A model generated the notes under the pieces. It was not told where the DNA came from, searched no databases, and saw only the letters and a list, made by a program, of their open reading frames with translations. The translations under genes were made by a program, and so were the position numbers. From positions 289,766 through 353,765 of IMG/VR virus record IMGVR_UViG_3300028735_000003: a stretch of DNA of 64,000 nt. One strand, given 5' to 3'. Positions 29,754-38,969 of this stretch are shown piece by piece. The stretch's first letter is position 1, and every line of letters starts with the position of its first letter.

Positions 29754-31895
29754 CTATTTTTTAATAATAATGTTCTCGTTTAATTTGGAAAACAAATCGA
29801 AAAATGGTTTGCATTCATACAATTTATGCTTAGCTATCATATCAAAATCAAAAGAATTATATAATCCCATGACTTGGACTTCATGTTCGACATTGTTTTG
29901 TATTAGGAAATCACATAAATTATCCAATGCATAGAATCTTTTCTTTGATTTTGTATCTGATAAAGTCTTTTGTTTTGCAAAGTAACAAGCCGTTACTACA
30001 AAGACGACTTTCTCTGTTGGAAGAAGGTCAGCATATTTAAGATTCATTTGTCCGGATTCAATCAGAGAATAAACAAATGGTTCAAATTTTCTGTAATGCT
30101 CATACCAAATCTTAAATCTTATTCCAGCTTCGCTTCCAACAAATCCGGAAATAATTTGCGTTACAGAATCAATATCTACAATTTTCAATTTTTTGGCTTG
30201 TAATAAAGCATCTGATGCCAACGTCCAACCACGTGGAGACGGATTGGCATATGTAGTATCATTTGTTTTACCACAGGCAAACTCAGGATTACTTCTAAGA
30301 AAACCTAGTATTAAATCGTGAACGTCGTGAGCTTTTGCCCAATCTATCCACTTATCAAAATTAAATGATAATATATATTTGGCTCCTCTATCTAGCAATG
30401 CTGAGCTAATCATATTTGAATTAGCTCCTTCATCAATTAGATTCCCAGTTAGTATAGATGATACTACATTAATTCTTTTCCCATTTATCTTCTTGAATTG
30501 TAAGATTTCAAGTAACGGCGCAATAACTTCAGGTGGTGCTTTATCAACCTCATCAAACAATATAATTGAATCTGGCTTTTCATTATCTGATAAAGTCGGC
30601 AAAAAGTATGGAGATTTAAATGTAACAATATCTCCCTGTGCGTTCATATCTGGATATCCAGCTAAATCAGGTCTTTCAATAACAGATAAATTTATGTAGT
30701 TAATTTTTAGATTGCAATCTTTAGCAGATTGAATAACAATTTCAGTATTATGAGTAGGTATGAATGATCGTGTTATTAAATATAAATGTGATAAACTATC
30801 TACAGTAATACATCTCATAGGAATCGGAATGATTCTTTCTATATTTGTAATGTATCTATGAGTATTTTTTATATGTTGTCTGGAAGATTTGTTAATATTT
30901 TGTAATTTTCTTTTAAGACGGAAAATTGGTAACTTAGTAACAAAATATATTCCATGTCTATCTTGACATCTTTTACCATACGAACGGCTTTTATTTTTAT
31001 AAAAATGCGCCTTAATTCCAAGACTATTAACTAATAACAAAATTTGATTAGCCAATATCTCAATATTAGAGTAATATTCTATTTTGCCATTTTTTAGACA
31101 ATAGCCGTCAGTATCTAATAATCCTTGCAATAAGGATAATCTTTGTTCATACGAAGAATTAAGATAATCCTCTGGAATATGTTTATTATTAATAAGACCT
31201 AATTGCTTTAATTGTTTTTCTAGTAAATCAATTTTTATATAATTAAATTCTTCACCACCAATTAAATTTTCTGTTTTATAATTATAAGATTTAGATAAAT
31301 ATCCTATATTTGGTGTTTTATTAACAGAATAACCAGAAAGATTAATTTCATTTAAGATTTCATTATCAGTACATTCGATATATCCTGAATCAGATCTTCC
31401 TTTGCCTAACCAGCACCCCAAAACATACGGATCTATAAGTAGATCTTTAGTAGGATAATTTACTGGTAAAGTTGTTGGAATAGAATGACTTTCTTTTAAC
31501 GATAAGAAAATTTCCTTTGTTGATCTCACTTTTGGTTTAATATTTTTGTTTTTTCTGGCTTTTTTATTCCAAGTTAACCATAAATGATCTGCACAAGCAT
31601 TAACTACACTACCATCATCAAATGTAATTTTATATGACTCTGGATAATTATTTATTGGATGAAGTTGAATTACATTACAAATATTACCACACTCATCAAA
31701 AAGCTGATCTCCAAGTTTAAGATCTTTTAATTTAATAAATCCTTTTGGGGTAGGTAATTCTGTTTCAAGGTCAAGCATTTTACCTACTCCACGTCGTCCA
31801 AATAGAAACAGATTCTTCTGAGCTTTAATAAAGAATTTGCTTATATTTAAAGCTTGCTCCTGATCAATTTCTGGCAAATTAAGTGCATTATTCAT
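29754..31895 (-). CDS. MoxR-type AAA+ ATPase with intein in Walker A
   Basis: GRRGVGK|intein|TEI, FDEVDKA, SPRGW; paralogue of 43224-44387. Confidence 0.9.
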   Translation of the reverse strand: MNNALNLPEIDQEQALNISKFFIKAQKNLFLFGRRGVGKMLDLETELPTPKGFIKLKDLKLGDQLFDECGNICNVIQLHPINNYPESYKITFDDGSVVNACADHLWLTWNKKARKNKNIKPKVRSTKEIFLSLKESHSIPTTLPVNYPTKDLLIDPYVLGCWLGKGRSDSGYIECTDNEILNEINLSGYSVNKTPNIGYLSKSYNYKTENLIGGEEFNYIKIDLLEKQLKQLGLINNKHIPEDYLNSSYEQRLSLLQGLLDTDGYCLKNGKIEYYSNIEILANQILLLVNSLGIKAHFYKNKSRSYGKRCQDRHGIYFVTKLPIFRLKRKLQNINKSSRQHIKNTHRYITNIERIIPIPMRCITVDSLSHLYLITRSFIPTHNTEIVIQSAKDCNLKINYINLSVIERPDLAGYPDMNAQGDIVTFKSPYFLPTLSDNEKPDSIILFDEVDKAPPEVIAPLLEILQFKKINGKRINVVSSILTGNLIDEGANSNMISSALLDRGAKYILSFNFDKWIDWAKAHDVHDLILGFLRSNPEFACGKTNDTTYANPSPRGWTLASDALLQAKKLKIVDIDSVTQIISGFVGSEAGIRFKIWYEHYRKFEPFVYSLIESGQMNLKYADLLPTEKVVFVVTACYFAKQKTLSDTKSKKRFYALDNLCDFLIQNNVEHEVQVMGLYNSFDFDMIAKHKLYECKPFFDLFSKLNENIIIKK
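30747..31778 (-). mobile_element. class 3 intein (344 aa) with LAGLIDADG domain
   Basis: Starts MLDLETELPTP, block B ADHLW, block F MRCITV, block G PTHN|T; LAGLIDADG-like LGCWLGKG and LQGLLDTDG. Confidence 0.88.
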
Positions 31896-31925
31896 GTTTC
31901 CCTTTAAATATCACATATCTATATA

Positions 31926-32867
31926 TCAGATAAAGGGAATTAAATTCTTAATTTCTTCACTATGTCTATACTTTATGATAAATGAGTCTAGATGATCTCG
32001 CTTACCAGTTTGCTCATATATTGAGCTTAATGCTCTCAGTATTTTCTTTTTACTATATACATCACCCATCTGTGATAGTAATAACGATTCAGATTGTTCA
32101 AAAGCTCTTTTAAAGATATGTTCTATTGTATTAGGAATTAGTTCGTATTTAGAAAACAAACATGATTGAAAAGGCAAATCGGTCATAAAAGAGATACATA
32201 ACGGACTATTTCTAATAGCAAATGATAAATAGGAATTGTCGTCAACCCTATCATTTATATATTTGAAAAAATATTTATTACTTATTTGTTGCTTAAATCT
32301 TGAAAAAAGAAAATGACCTGATTCTATTGTTTTACATAACAAATTGTACTTAATTTCTGGGACTATACTATCTATTATCATATATTCCCGAACACCAAAC
32401 TTATTTTTATCTATTTCAGATTCAATTGTATACAAATATAATGTACAAGCATCTACACCAGAATAATATGATATATCTGCAATTTTAAGATTTATTTCTT
32501 CAATTGTTAACTCTGAAAGATAATTGCCAACGCATTTTATTAATGGAGTTTTAACTCTTGGGTCCTTGCCTAAAAGATAAAACAAATGATTATCATTAAT
32601 ATGACGATCATAACACCAGATTATAACCTCATTCAGTTGACGATCTAATGTAAGAAGTCCGCCAACGTTGTGACTATGTGTCATAATATTTAATAATGCT
32701 TCTGAATATATGCCACTTCTTATTCTACTAACTAGGTATGACGATATGGTATTTTCATCATAATTTGTAAGATGAGATGAGAATATTGCATCATTAAGCT
32801 GATCCATTGCATCCTGCGTCAACGCCGGTTTTTCCATAATTTTCAGAAAATCAAGCGCAAGTGCCAT
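31926..32867 (-). CDS. hypothetical protein
   Basis: 313-aa ORF. Confidence 0.7.
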   Translation of the reverse strand: MALALDFLKIMEKPALTQDAMDQLNDAIFSSHLTNYDENTISSYLVSRIRSGIYSEALLNIMTHSHNVGGLLTLDRQLNEVIIWCYDRHINDNHLFYLLGKDPRVKTPLIKCVGNYLSELTIEEINLKIADISYYSGVDACTLYLYTIESEIDKNKFGVREYMIIDSIVPEIKYNLLCKTIESGHFLFSRFKQQISNKYFFKYINDRVDDNSYLSFAIRNSPLCISFMTDLPFQSCLFSKYELIPNTIEHIFKRAFEQSESLLLSQMGDVYSKKKILRALSSIYEQTGKRDHLDSFIIKYRHSEEIKNLIPFI

Positions 32868-33074
32868 TAAGATTTAATCCTTGCTCTTTCTTTACTACAT
32901 TCAAAAGAGTTAAAGATCTTAATCATAAGATTAGTAAACAAATAGTTGATTTTTTCAAATCAGAATATCTGCAGCATTAAGTTATAAAACCACAACATGT
33001 ATTCACAATATCTGCGGAACATATTACGATCATAATATATACAGCTTACTATATTTTTCTGTATAGAAATGCGG

Positions 33075-35045
33075 CTATAATTTATCAATCACTTTCTTCA
33101 GATATTTATTAACATTATACCACGAGTATTTAGATAATGATTTTTCAACTAAATCAATACATAAGTTATCTAACATTTGTTTATTTGGTTGTTTTGGAAG
33201 AACCGTAGATGTGGCATACAATTTATTGAGTGCTATGTCCTCTGACTCTGCAAACTCAATCAATTGTTCATAGGTCCAGGCTCCTTTTCGAATTGCCAGC
33301 AATTCTTCTTTATCCGGTCTCTTTACAATAACCTTGCCAGTAGTAAGGATCTCACGACACATACGAATTAATCTAACTAAATGATAGGCGTGTTTTGTGT
33401 TTCCCTGTATTGATACTCTGCCATTCCTTCTTGTGATAAGAATTTCATTAGGAACCGAAAAACAAACTATCTTTCTACCACGTACATTTTCTATTTTAAT
33501 ATGACTAGATGTAGAATTAAAGTTCGTAACAGAAACCGTTTTTTTATTACCAATATAAACATGATATATTGGAGAATTATCTCGATTTTTATATGGACCA
33601 CAAACTTCTGAAACAATGCCATTTGATATACACATAGCTTGTATTTGTCCTGCTAATTGTTTAGATGCAGTATAATACACAACGCTTTCTTTTTTGTATA
33701 TTCCATCTCCAAATAACAATGCATCTAATAAAATTAGAGCTTGTCTTTGTGATAAATTTATCCACCAATGTGGCAAATGTTTGTGTAAAGAACCATCCTT
33801 TGAAATATACGCGCCTAATAATTTTAAATAATTATCTGTAATATCGAAATCATTTGATTTTGGGCTTGCCGTTACTCTAACATAAAACCAACTATCGCGG
33901 TTATTTATTAAAGATTCAGCAGGCTTAATTTCCCAATTTGAATTATTTTCTTCATATTCGGCAGAAAAATTATTACTTTTCTGTATATCTATTTTAGATA
34001 TCCACATTCTGTGATTAGGAGTGACCGCGCATTCTGTGTTCTCAGATCTTAAAAATACAATTGGTCCTGAATATTCTTTACAGACTCTTTCATATGGAAA
34101 TTGATATTCGATTTCACCAGATTTTTGATTTAAAGTGGCTAATAACTCACAATCATTTATTTCACTATACAATTTCCAACCATTACTAGTCAAAAACTCT
34201 GTATCATCTAAATAACAATCATATCCGAATTTTTCTTCTAAAGAAGCGCGAGCTGGATTTCTGTTTTTCTTCCAATTTTGATATTGATCCCATTCTCTTT
34301 TCTTAGAAAGATATTCTCGCTCTTTTTGCATAACTTGAATAAAGTTATCATTTAGACCAACCTTGCGAGCAGCCGCCTCCCAATGTTGATCTGCGGTAAT
34401 CTTTAACTCAGCAAGCATGCTAATCATGGTAGATTGAATAGCAATCTTAGTCGACTCTTCAAGATCTTCAAGGAAGGAAAATTGGAACCTATCTAATTCC
34501 TTTTGAACCTCAGCAGCAACCGCCATTAGTTGATCTTGTGGTATCATAGTTTGTTCGGGCAAGCCAAACTCAGCCCTTGTCGGAGGAGACTTAGGCGGAG
34601 TCATAATCCACTTCTTATGTGTCTTAATTCTTTTTAATTGAGAAATAGAATATCCCATGAATGTGTGCTTAATTTTTTTTGATAAAAAATCATTCTTATG
34701 CTCTAAGATGATTTCACCAATCGGATCTACGATACAATGATCAGATGCATCTGTATGAAGCACTTCAATAATATTAGGATTACAATCTGACGCCAATGTA
34801 AAAAATTTGCGAATATCATAGATAACAGCATCAGGCCCATGAAGTTCTGCTTGTTCAAACTTATTAATAGCACCAAAAAAATATTTTTTTGGAGGAATAG
34901 CAATTCCTTTAAAGTCTTCATCGCTCTCAGGCGTGTTAGTTCCATAAGCATGAGAACCGTGTCTTACTAAGAGAACGGTTCTTCCGTCAATCCATCCTAA
35001 GTGTGGAGAATTCTTTAATATCGTTTCTATTACAGTGTGTTTCAT
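33075..35045 (-). CDS. DNA polymerase beta-superfamily nucleotidyltransferase (RlaP/PF10127-like) with intein
   Basis: HGSHAYGTNTPESDEDFKG, NPNIIEVL, GYD|intein|TKHAYHLVRL. Confidence 0.85.
   Translation of the reverse strand: MKHTVIETILKNSPHLGWIDGRTVLLVRHGSHAYGTNTPESDEDFKGIAIPPKKYFFGAINKFEQAELHGPDAVIYDIRKFFTLASDCNPNIIEVLHTDASDHCIVDPIGEIILEHKNDFLSKKIKHTFMGYSISQLKRIKTHKKWIMTPPKSPPTRAEFGLPEQTMIPQDQLMAVAAEVQKELDRFQFSFLEDLEESTKIAIQSTMISMLAELKITADQHWEAAARKVGLNDNFIQVMQKEREYLSKKREWDQYQNWKKNRNPARASLEEKFGYDCYLDDTEFLTSNGWKLYSEINDCELLATLNQKSGEIEYQFPYERVCKEYSGPIVFLRSENTECAVTPNHRMWISKIDIQKSNNFSAEYEENNSNWEIKPAESLINNRDSWFYVRVTASPKSNDFDITDNYLKLLGAYISKDGSLHKHLPHWWINLSQRQALILLDALLFGDGIYKKESVVYYTASKQLAGQIQAMCISNGIVSEVCGPYKNRDNSPIYHVYIGNKKTVSVTNFNSTSSHIKIENVRGRKIVCFSVPNEILITRRNGRVSIQGNTKHAYHLVRLIRMCREILTTGKVIVKRPDKEELLAIRKGAWTYEQLIEFAESEDIALNKLYATSTVLPKQPNKQMLDNLCIDLVEKSLSKYSWYNVNKYLKKVIDKL
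33399..34217 (-). mobile_element. class 1 intein (273 aa) with eroded LAGLIDADG domain
   Basis: Starts CYLDDTEFLT, block B VTPNHRM, block F IVCFSV, ends IQGN|T. Confidence 0.85.
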
Positions 35046-35201
35046 TCTAAATTAGAATCCTGAAGTTCAACACCAAACTCGTAAATATCCTATACCGTTT
35101 CAGAAATAGTATAGATAAACATATCTAAAAGTGTAACAAGAATAAACAGTATAATTCATATAGGATAAGTTAATATAGCAATTATTCGTTACTATATAAC
35201 T

Positions 35202-35402
35202 TTAATCTTCATAACAATCTTGCGCCTGAACGATATCTGGATTATCTATAACTGGACATGGAAAGTTGCTCCACATCCTTAGTTCTAAGAAGGCAGCCAT
35301 TAGAGCTTTTCGCTTCTTTTTATTAGGCTCTTCATCAATCAAATTTAGAATTGTAGTTAGTACATGACTCTGTAACTCAAATTCCAATTCGCTCCACAAC
35401 AT
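35202..35402 (-). CDS. hypothetical protein
   Basis: 66-aa ORF in operon. Confidence 0.5.
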   Translation of the reverse strand: MLWSELEFELQSHVLTTILNLIDEEPNKKKRKALMAAFLELRMWSNFPCPVIDNPDIVQAQDCYED

Positions 35403-35411
35403 TAAAAATCC

Positions 35412-36455
35412 TTAAATAAATGCAGCTAATTTTTTCAAATTTGGAAATGAAGCAACCATATACTTAATGTCCGACATTTTATTATTAGCTGACAGATATG
35501 CTAATAATTTCTTTGAGGATATTTCCGGAAATGTATGCAATAATCTGACTAAACGATCCGCATTTGCTCGTTTGTGACCAGTTTTTCTTGCATACAATTT
35601 GTCTGCATAAATAACAGATATATCATCAGCAATTGTAGGATCCAACGAAATTAGGTTGCGAATATTTCTTAGATGATATTCTTCTAATATAGAATAATCA
35701 CAATTAGCTATAAAGTCTAATAGTTTTGCCCTATGATCTAAAGTATATTCTTTCTTAAGTGCATCTAAGATAGTTTTGTCATTGATTATTGAAAAGAACG
35801 CTAATATATTTTTAGTTGTGCGAGCTCTGTCTGTTATTATTTCACTTGCTAGTTTTATTATCGGAGTTTTATCTAAGTTAACTTTTTGTTTCTCTAAAGC
35901 CTGCAATATCTCAAAGTTTCTTGCAGAATGCAAGATATTGTGGGAAATTGTTTCGGTGTATTCATCTAAGCTCCTAAAAACAACCGGAATAAATGATCTA
36001 ACAATATTTATCAATTTATCTGCACATACATGAGATGGAAGTTCTGTTAAGTAGTTCTTAACTGAAAGTAAACTTTCTTTGCGATCATACTTAACATTGC
36101 AATAACAAATGAATTGTATGTATGCTAAATCATATTTTTTATTCAGTTCATGTTTTGTTCTTACAAGAGAGAACATTCTCCGTTCTAAATACCGTTCTAT
36201 GTATCTTGATATTGATTTATTATTAATAGCAAACAAAAATGATAATCTACTAGTCCAGAATAACTCATTATCTTCCCAAAAGATGTCACATGCTTTTCTA
36301 AATCGATCTTGAAGATATGCTGAATGAGCTTCATAATTGGCATTCAATAGATCCGAAAACTCATACAAATCCAGATCCATTCTGTCAGAAAACATTAGTA
36401 TATCAACTAAGTGTCTGAATTTAGGGTGTATTTTGTCTAACTGAATGGATGCCAT
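35412..36455 (-). CDS. hypothetical protein
   Basis: 347-aa ORF. Confidence 0.7.
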   Translation of the reverse strand: MASIQLDKIHPKFRHLVDILMFSDRMDLDLYEFSDLLNANYEAHSAYLQDRFRKACDIFWEDNELFWTSRLSFLFAINNKSISRYIERYLERRMFSLVRTKHELNKKYDLAYIQFICYCNVKYDRKESLLSVKNYLTELPSHVCADKLINIVRSFIPVVFRSLDEYTETISHNILHSARNFEILQALEKQKVNLDKTPIIKLASEIITDRARTTKNILAFFSIINDKTILDALKKEYTLDHRAKLLDFIANCDYSILEEYHLRNIRNLISLDPTIADDISVIYADKLYARKTGHKRANADRLVRLLHTFPEISSKKLLAYLSANNKMSDIKYMVASFPNLKKLAAFI

Positions 36456-36472
36456 AATAATATGTCAGTATA

Positions 36473-37624
36473 TCACCACTCCAAAATATCCGAGTCATCA
36501 ATACCAGTAGAGATATATTTAACAGCACACCCTGAAAAATTGCTAATATAGTCAATAAATGGGGCTACTTCATCTTTATTTTTAGAATTTTTCCAACCTG
36601 GAAGACTAATTAACTGCACATTTGTGCCAAAAAAGTCGGATGGACATACCGGGATTTTATCATATGCTGCGCATATTTTTACTCTTTCCATGCCATCTAA
36701 TATGTCCAGCTTAGTAATTATTAAATTTTGAATGCCGCCTTTCTCACAAGCATATTTAGTGGCAGGTAAATCAAACCAACCAATTCTTCTTGGTCTACCT
36801 GTTGTCGCGCCATATTCATTACCAGCTTTTCTTAAAAACTCAGCCTCTTCACCGTGAATTTCGGTAGGAAATGGACCTTCTCCAACTTTGGTCAAATAAG
36901 CTTTGGCGACACCATAAACATTATCTAGTCTTATAAAATTAAATCCGCTAGTATATATGCCAGCAATCGTCGCATCACTGCAACTTACATAAGGATAAGT
37001 GCCGTGATTAATATCAATCATAACACCCTGAGACCCCTCAAATAATAAATCAGTTTTCATAAATTCGCGTTTCAATTCAAGAATATGTTTGAATTGAACA
37101 CCAGCCTCTTGTAGAGAGGAAGTTATTTCGCTGTTTGCTTTCAGCAAGTCCTTAATTCTTGTGCCTTTACGAGCGATTTTGCTCTTATAGGCAGGACCAA
37201 TGCCTTTATTAGTAGAACCGATGTATCCATTTGTCGCCGCATCTTCTTTTTTATGTTCTGGAAGAACAACGAATGCATCTGGGTCAACATAGATTCTTTT
37301 GGCAATATCTCCGAACTTATATTGACATGTAGACGCACTATCCTCTTCAACTTTCATGATTTCTGTATAAAGTTGATCCAAATCAATAACCATGCCTTGA
37401 GCGAGAAAGCATTTAGTATCTGGTAGTCTCCAGTCGAAAGATGGCAGAAGATTATGCACATACTTTAACTTTTGTCCATTGGAGAATGAACGGTAAATAG
37501 TGTGACCTGCGTTGGCTCCACCATTAAATCTAATTACCCATTCAAAATGTTTTGAAAAATAATGAGTAATACGCCCCTTGCCCTCATCTCCCCATGAGCT
37601 TCCGATAATTGCTATATTTGCCAT
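36473..37624 (-). CDS. purA: adenylosuccinate synthetase
   Basis: WGDEGKG, GGANAGHT, EGSQG, GATTGRPRRIGW, TKLD. Confidence 0.96.
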   Translation of the reverse strand: MANIAIIGSSWGDEGKGRITHYFSKHFEWVIRFNGGANAGHTIYRSFSNGQKLKYVHNLLPSFDWRLPDTKCFLAQGMVIDLDQLYTEIMKVEEDSASTCQYKFGDIAKRIYVDPDAFVVLPEHKKEDAATNGYIGSTNKGIGPAYKSKIARKGTRIKDLLKANSEITSSLQEAGVQFKHILELKREFMKTDLLFEGSQGVMIDINHGTYPYVSCSDATIAGIYTSGFNFIRLDNVYGVAKAYLTKVGEGPFPTEIHGEEAEFLRKAGNEYGATTGRPRRIGWFDLPATKYACEKGGIQNLIITKLDILDGMERVKICAAYDKIPVCPSDFFGTNVQLISLPGWKNSKNKDEVAPFIDYISNFSGCAVKYISTGIDDSDILEW

Positions 37625-37673
37625 TTCTTGCTAACTTTCTACTAAAGTCAATATATTTATTGCGTAGAGGATT

Positions 37674-37705
37674 AAAGAAAAGTCCTCGTCTATTATAGAC
37701 GAGGA
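37674..37705 (-). terminator. intrinsic terminator downstream of the rIIA-rIIB unit
   Basis: 10-bp stem TCCTCGTCTA/TAGACGAGGA then TTTTCTTT on the minus strand. Confidence 0.65.
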
Positions 37706-38018
37706 GTCTATGCCGTAAATTATATGTCAGTATAACTAAAAATATGAACAGGCATTGGTATAAACATACCCAAAATAGTCGTGTTCTTTATAAAAAGAAT
37801 TTACGCTGTACATTTTGTCATGTATAAATCATAAATAGAGTATTCATAATTTGAAATTGTACTCAAAATGAAATTGCGTTGAGATATAATTGTGCTACAT
37901 GGTTGCGGTTTTAGATAATAACTTCAATAACCTTAGAACCTACAATACTTTATATTGTGAAATAGTAAAAGATACAACTTACATATATCAGTGGATCGAA
38001 TAACGAATATTATTCCAA

Positions 38019-38969
38019 TTAGTCTTCACAATGATATTCGTCGTCATATTCTTCCAGATCATCATCGTAATCATCGCTACACCCACATTCTTCACAGAAC
38101 TTATCCTTACAACAGCATTCCAGACACGAACAGCCACATGAATCACATTCATCATAATGATATTCTTCTTTGTCTTCACATGACTTATTCAATAAGCTAC
38201 TAACACAAGACCTTGTATTTGTAATACGAAGCGCAGTAACTTTTGAGTTCTCTTGATCAACAACCCCTAAAACCACATACTTACAAACACGCATCTTTGC
38301 GTGATTGTAATCAATAGGAACAGCCACTACATCAGCAGGATTCACTTCAACTTCCAACATCTTAGAATCAATCCCAGACCAATAGAAGTTACTAGCGTAA
38401 TCCCAATTAGCAACGTGCAAACCATGGCTGCATGTTTGTGTGGGATCTTCGTTGACCTGATTACGAGGCATCTCTACTGTATTACCAACAGAATTGTCTA
38501 TAGTACCAGTATAGATATCCAAAAAGTCTGGACGTACCTTCTTATAGGCAATAAAGCATCCATTTTCTGTAATTGGATGGTCATTCTTCTCCAAGAATGA
38601 GAACAATTCATTAACTGCACGGAACGATGGGTTCTTTTGCAGATTTTCTGCAAACTTGACCAATGGTTCATATGGCAATCCTTCATTGGAAAACTTAATG
38701 ATTTTATCACCAAGATGCTTAGTAGCCAATACTCCATTTACAAAAATCTGCCCATCTTTGACAACAAAGTTGCCATTACCAAAATCCTCTACTCTCTTTG
38801 CAGTAGATACAAGCAAAGGAATGGCGTCCAAGTCCTTTACCTTTAGAGCATCGATTAACTTATTTGCTAGCGCATCTGTTCTTGAAACGATATGTGTCTG
38901 ACCATCGTAATTCACTGTGATATTTTGATCTGTAATCAACCAATTAACTTTTTTCATTATTTTCTCCAA
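38019..38969 (-). CDS. rIIB: rIIB-like protein with Cys-rich acidic C-terminal tail
   Basis: NPSFRAVNELFSFL, GCFIAYKKV, CSHGLHV, VEVNPADVV. Confidence 0.88.
   Translation of the reverse strand: MEKIMKKVNWLITDQNITVNYDGQTHIVSRTDALANKLIDALKVKDLDAIPLLVSTAKRVEDFGNGNFVVKDGQIFVNGVLATKHLGDKIIKFSNEGLPYEPLVKFAENLQKNPSFRAVNELFSFLEKNDHPITENGCFIAYKKVRPDFLDIYTGTIDNSVGNTVEMPRNQVNEDPTQTCSHGLHVANWDYASNFYWSGIDSKMLEVEVNPADVVAVPIDYNHAKMRVCKYVVLGVVDQENSKVTALRITNTRSCVSSLLNKSCEDKEEYHYDECDSCGCSCLECCCKDKFCEECGCSDDYDDDLEEYDDEYHCED

Noticed and set aside
36473-37624. PurZ (2-aminoadenine, Z-genome) instead of PurA
   Set aside because: The N-terminal motif is GDEGKG with the catalytic Asp of PurA; PurZ has Ser there. 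No dATPase partner was recognised nearby.
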